From the NCBI GenBank assembly GCA_963675665.1, contig OY776510.1, forward strand, positions 3,072,001 through 3,136,000: a DNA stretch of 64,000 nt, in the 5' to 3' direction. Positions 60,645-64,000 of the stretch are shown piece by piece. The notes beneath the pieces are model-generated. The model saw only the letters and a list, made by a program, of their open reading frames with translations, made no database searches and was not told the DNA's origin. Made by a program: the position numbers and the translations under genes. Origin of the DNA: Spirochaetia bacterium. Its GTDB lineage: Bacteria > Spirochaetota > Spirochaetia > UBA9216. Positions within the stretch are counted from its first letter, which is position 1. Each line of letters begins with the position of its first letter.

Positions 60645-60806
60645 TTGAAGTCCTCCTGCCCCGATTTTTTCATCGGCTTTCAGTTTTAAAAAACAGCATA
60701 TAACTGTTTTAAAACATCAATCATTTAATTGTCGGCCGCATACTATCAATTTTTCAGTAAATATGTTTCAATTTTTACAGAAATATTATTAAGTCAGGGG
60801 ATATTA

Positions 60807-61325
60807 ATGGAAGCTCTACTTATTTCCGGAGTGATTGTTTTTATTGGAAGGATACTGCAGGATCTTGTTTTTAATTTTAAAATTGAAATGTTTAACCGGG
60901 GAAGACTCGGCGGTGTCTTCGGAATAAATTTTATTGAAAGTATAATTGGTATGTCGGTTATAGCAATGGTTGTAGGGTATATCGATGATGACCCGAGGCT
61001 TCTGATTTTTCTCGGGTTCGGCTCTTCGGTAGGCGGAATAATAGTAATAAAGATTCGTGATTTAATGAACAAGCGGCTTGTGGGACAGCGTCAGTATTAT
61101 GCACGTATTTCTTTTACAGGTAACGAAGATTTGGCAGGTATATTGCAGAAGGATGGTTATATTTTTACCGTTGAGACAAAAGAATTTCTCGATGGAAAAA
61201 TTCGGACAATAATAGAGGGATCGCTGGAAAACAGGGCGCGGAAAGAACGACTTAAAGGGCATCTTAAAGGGCGTTCCGGCCAGCTTGTAACAATTATTGC
61301 TGCACGTGAGGTTTACTGGGTTTAA
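60807..61325 (+). CDS. Small membrane protein, DUF5698/DUF2179-like architecture
   Basis: Three TM segments (FIES, LGFGSSVG) then soluble domain; RBS agggg. Confidence 0.6.
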   Translation: MEALLISGVIVFIGRILQDLVFNFKIEMFNRGRLGGVFGINFIESIIGMSVIAMVVGYIDDDPRLLIFLGFGSSVGGIIVIKIRDLMNKRLVGQRQYYARISFTGNEDLAGILQKDGYIFTVETKEFLDGKIRTIIEGSLENRARKERLKGHLKGRSGQLVTIIAAREVYWV

Positions 61326-61395
61326 AAAGATTTTCATGTAACAACTTGTAATTACTCATGTGTATAAATTAATGGGTGTTTATAAGGAGTTGATT

Positions 61396-61995
61396 ATGAA
61401 AAAAAAACTTGTGATGATAATTATCTTTCTGATCCTGATATCTTCAGTTTTAAGTGCACAAACCACCGAAACCGGGTGGGGCTGGCAGATCGGAACCGGT
61501 ATTAATGGAAGCCTGTCGTATTTTGAAACCGGTATTATGTTTCCGCGCATTAATGAAACTGTTTTTATTAATGTCAAGATTAAAGCCATGAGTGCTATTA
61601 CCTGGACTAATTTTACGAATATGGAAACAGGAGAATCTGTTTCATTTCATCCGGCAGTGGTCGGAGGGTGCATTACGATGGGCGGCGGAAGCCGGCTAAT
61701 TAAAGATCTTTTTAAAGTTTACGGCGGAACGGATATTTTTTTAGGTTATTCGTTAACGCCCTACGACAGTTTCTTCTATAAGGTTGGAAATCTTTTTCCG
61801 CCTAATCTGACCTTCGGCGTCTGGGGTCATTTCGGCCTGGAATTTTTCACTTCAGAGAATTTATCGGTTTTTATTCAGTCCGGAGGCGGTTACAAAAGTT
61901 TGATTACCGAAGAAAAAAATAATCCCTATGCAGTTGCAGGCAGCTGGCCCGGCAGCGGTTTTTGTGTTGAAATGGGTACAAATATCTATTTTTAA
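61396..61995 (+). CDS. Probable small outer-membrane beta-barrel protein
   Basis: Signal peptide, Gly/aromatic amphipathic strands, C-terminal GTNIYF. Confidence 0.65.
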   Translation: MKKKLVMIIIFLILISSVLSAQTTETGWGWQIGTGINGSLSYFETGIMFPRINETVFINVKIKAMSAITWTNFTNMETGESVSFHPAVVGGCITMGGGSRLIKDLFKVYGGTDIFLGYSLTPYDSFFYKVGNLFPPNLTFGVWGHFGLEFFTSENLSVFIQSGGGYKSLITEEKNNPYAVAGSWPGSGFCVEMGTNIYF

Positions 61996-62095
61996 CGGTA
62001 AAGAATACAGACAATATATGCAGAAAGTGCCCGGTTTAAATTTAATAAGCGGATTTGCAGGATTTCTAAAGAAATAATAATTATCCTTTTTCCTG

Positions 62096-62154
62096 TTGAC
62101 ATTTTCTTTTCAACAGTGCATACTGTGTATATACGATATACACAGTATGCACTG
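62096..62154 (+). promoter_or_regulatory. Sigma70 promoter overlapped by YtrA/GntR-type operator
   Basis: TTGACA-17-CATACT; perfect 19-bp inverted repeat cagtgcatactgtgtatat-acg-atatacacagtatgcactg (62114-62154). Confidence 0.85.
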
Positions 62155-62167
62155 GAGGTGTTACCTT

Positions 62168-63034
62168 ATGAAAGTATTGGATGTCAGGGGATTATGCAAG
62201 AAATACGAAAAATTTTATCTCGATAACGTTTCTTTCAGTCTCGAGGAGGGGTATATTATGGGTTTTATCGGCAGCAATGGGGCAGGTAAAACGACAACCC
62301 TGAAAGGAATGCTTAATGTAATACATAAAGATGCCGGTACCGTGGAAATTTTCGGAAGAAATATAAACGGTAATGAAATTGATATAAAACAGGATATTGC
62401 TTTTATGATGGGCGGCAGCGATTATTACATGCAACGGAAGGTGAAAACAATTACTTCGGTTGTTAAGAGATTTTATTCAAACTGGAATCAAACTGCATAT
62501 GAGGGATATCTAAAGAGGTTTAAACTGGATCCTGAAAAAAAGGTTCATGAACTGTCTCAGGGTATGAGAATTAAGTATGCTCTTGCTATAGCTTTGTCTC
62601 ATAATGCAAGGTTTATAATTCTTGATGAGCCGACTTCGGGACTGGACCCGGTTGCAAGAGATAACCTGCTGGAACTCTTTCAGGAGCTTGTGGAAGAAGG
62701 AGATAAAAGCATTTTGTTTTCCACTCACATAACATCGGATCTGGAAAAATGCGCTGATTATATAACCTACATAAACAACGGCCGGATTATTGAAAGCACA
62801 ACAAAAGATGATTTACTTGAAAAGTACCGGCTGGTAAACGGTTCTGCTGATGATTTGGATGAAATTAAAGATGATTTGGTTGCCCATAAAAAAAATTCAT
62901 TCGGTTTTCTGGGATTAATTGAAATGGAAAAATACAAAAAATATAAAGGGATCAATTCTGAAGCCCCTGCGCTCGATGATATCATGATCTATTATGCAAA
63001 AAAGGAGGAAGACAGTGAACAGTCTGGTATATAA
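62168..63034 (+). CDS. ABC transporter ATP-binding protein (YtrB-like)
   Basis: GSNGAGKTT, LSQGM, LDEPTSGLDP, STH. Confidence 0.92.
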   Translation: MKVLDVRGLCKKYEKFYLDNVSFSLEEGYIMGFIGSNGAGKTTTLKGMLNVIHKDAGTVEIFGRNINGNEIDIKQDIAFMMGGSDYYMQRKVKTITSVVKRFYSNWNQTAYEGYLKRFKLDPEKKVHELSQGMRIKYALAIALSHNARFIILDEPTSGLDPVARDNLLELFQELVEEGDKSILFSTHITSDLEKCADYITYINNGRIIESTTKDDLLEKYRLVNGSADDLDEIKDDLVAHKKNSFGFLGLIEMEKYKKYKGINSEAPALDDIMIYYAKKEEDSEQSGI

Positions 63035-63668
63035 GGATTTTAAATTATCCATAAACTGGTTTTTTTATATCATGATGCCTGTAATAATGGGCGCCCTGTT
63101 TCTGATACCGCAATGGCCCTATTTAATTGTTTTTATGTATTTCTTTTTTATTTCGATTCCCAATATTTTCAGTACATTTAATGCACAAAACGATTTCGGT
63201 TTTGCCGTTATGATGCCCGTAAGCAAGAAAGAAATTGTTAAAGGAAAGATTTTAACCTTTCTTATAATTGAATTGCTTCATCTGCTTGCCGGAGCTGTTT
63301 TTGCAATACTTCATGTAAAACTATACGGATTTGATAATTTTATGCTGGATCCTGATATTGCTCTTTTCGGGACAGCCTTTATTATGTATGCAATATTCAA
63401 TATTATTTTTTTCCCTGTCTACTTTAAATCGGCTTACAGGTTTGGAGTTCCTACAATAGCAGCAACTGCCGCAGCCGTTCTGTTTGCAGTGATCGTAGAA
63501 ACATTCGGTTTAATCAGTCCTGTTTTCAGAAACTGTCTGGAGGGCCAGAGCCCGGAGATGAGAAAGCTGCAGCTTGCCATTCTGGTATTCGGAGTAACGA
63601 TTTTTTTTATTTTCGGCTTCATAACATATAAAATATCAGCAAAGAGATTTGAGAATATTGATTTATGA
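63015..63668 (+). CDS. ABC-2 type permease
   Basis: Six TM segments, MPVSKKEIVKGK, C-terminal FENIDL. Confidence 0.85.
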   Translation: MNSLVYKDFKLSINWFFYIMMPVIMGALFLIPQWPYLIVFMYFFFISIPNIFSTFNAQNDFGFAVMMPVSKKEIVKGKILTFLIIELLHLLAGAVFAILHVKLYGFDNFMLDPDIALFGTAFIMYAIFNIIFFPVYFKSAYRFGVPTIAATAAAVLFAVIVETFGLISPVFRNCLEGQSPEMRKLQLAILVFGVTIFFIFGFITYKISAKRFENIDL

Positions 63669-64000
63669 GAGGAATAAGCATATCCAATACCTCTGCAAAG
63701 CCGATTTACCAGCAGCTGTTTGAACAAATCAGTTCGCAGATATTAAAAGGCGAGTTGAAAAGCGATTTTAATCTGCCGCCGATCAGGACGGCGGCAAAGG
63801 AACTCAGAATAAGCATTATTACTGTAAAAAAAGCCTGGGAAGAATTGGAGCGGGCCGGGTTGATTTATTCCGTAGCCGGCAAGGGTTGTTTTATTTCAGA
63901 TCTTTCAAATAATGAACTGGGAAATAAAAAAAATGAAATAATAAGCAAGCAGATGTTCAAGGATTTAAAGTTTTATAAAAATCTCGGAATAACAGAAGAT
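63665..64000 (+). CDS. GntR/YtrA-subfamily regulator (3' truncated, not in ORF track)
   Basis: KPIYQQLFEQISSQILKGEL...LPPIRTAAKELRISIITVKKAWEELERAGLIYSVAGKGCFI. Confidence 0.9.
   Translation, partial: MRGISISNTSAKPIYQQLFEQISSQILKGELKSDFNLPPIRTAAKELRISIITVKKAWEELERAGLIYSVAGKGCFISDLSNNELGNKKNEIISKQMFKDLKFYKNLGITED

Overview
Chromosomal window from a bacterium that is most likely a free-living anaerobic spirochaete (inferred from protein style and gene order; not database-verified). Bases 1-16.5 kb are accessory. They hold (i) a membrane-anchored propeller/Y_Y_Y/PAS/LuxR regulator in front of a cluster with three unrelated exported amide-hydrolase folds, a DctM-like permease, a 54-aa membrane peptide and a DUF6305-like protein, and (ii) a minus-strand operon in which a beta-barrel + transglutaminase-like + TPR protein precedes three unrelated Ig-plus-beta-propeller lipoproteins that all carry the same ~20-aa tag right after the lipidated Cys. 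Operon (ii) is the best candidate for an undescribed system. The rest is mostly core genome: hisS, pcnB, a RluA-family synthase, rnfCDGEAB, a GH57 protein, an orphan Cas2-like gene heading the prfB (programmed +1 frameshift)-cheY-ftsY-lolCDE-like run, mcsA-mcsB-clpC, a DnaQ-like exonuclease, rnz, amrB, two Maf-like genes, an 876-aa hyper-acidic repeat protein, an ftsB-like gene, DUF1015, ilvD and a YtrA/GntR-ABC module with a perfect 19-bp palindromic operator. Also seen: several apparently leaderless promoters, two poly-A frameshifts at gene 5' ends and a candidate sRNA. No rRNA, tRNA, CRISPR array or mobile element was seen.
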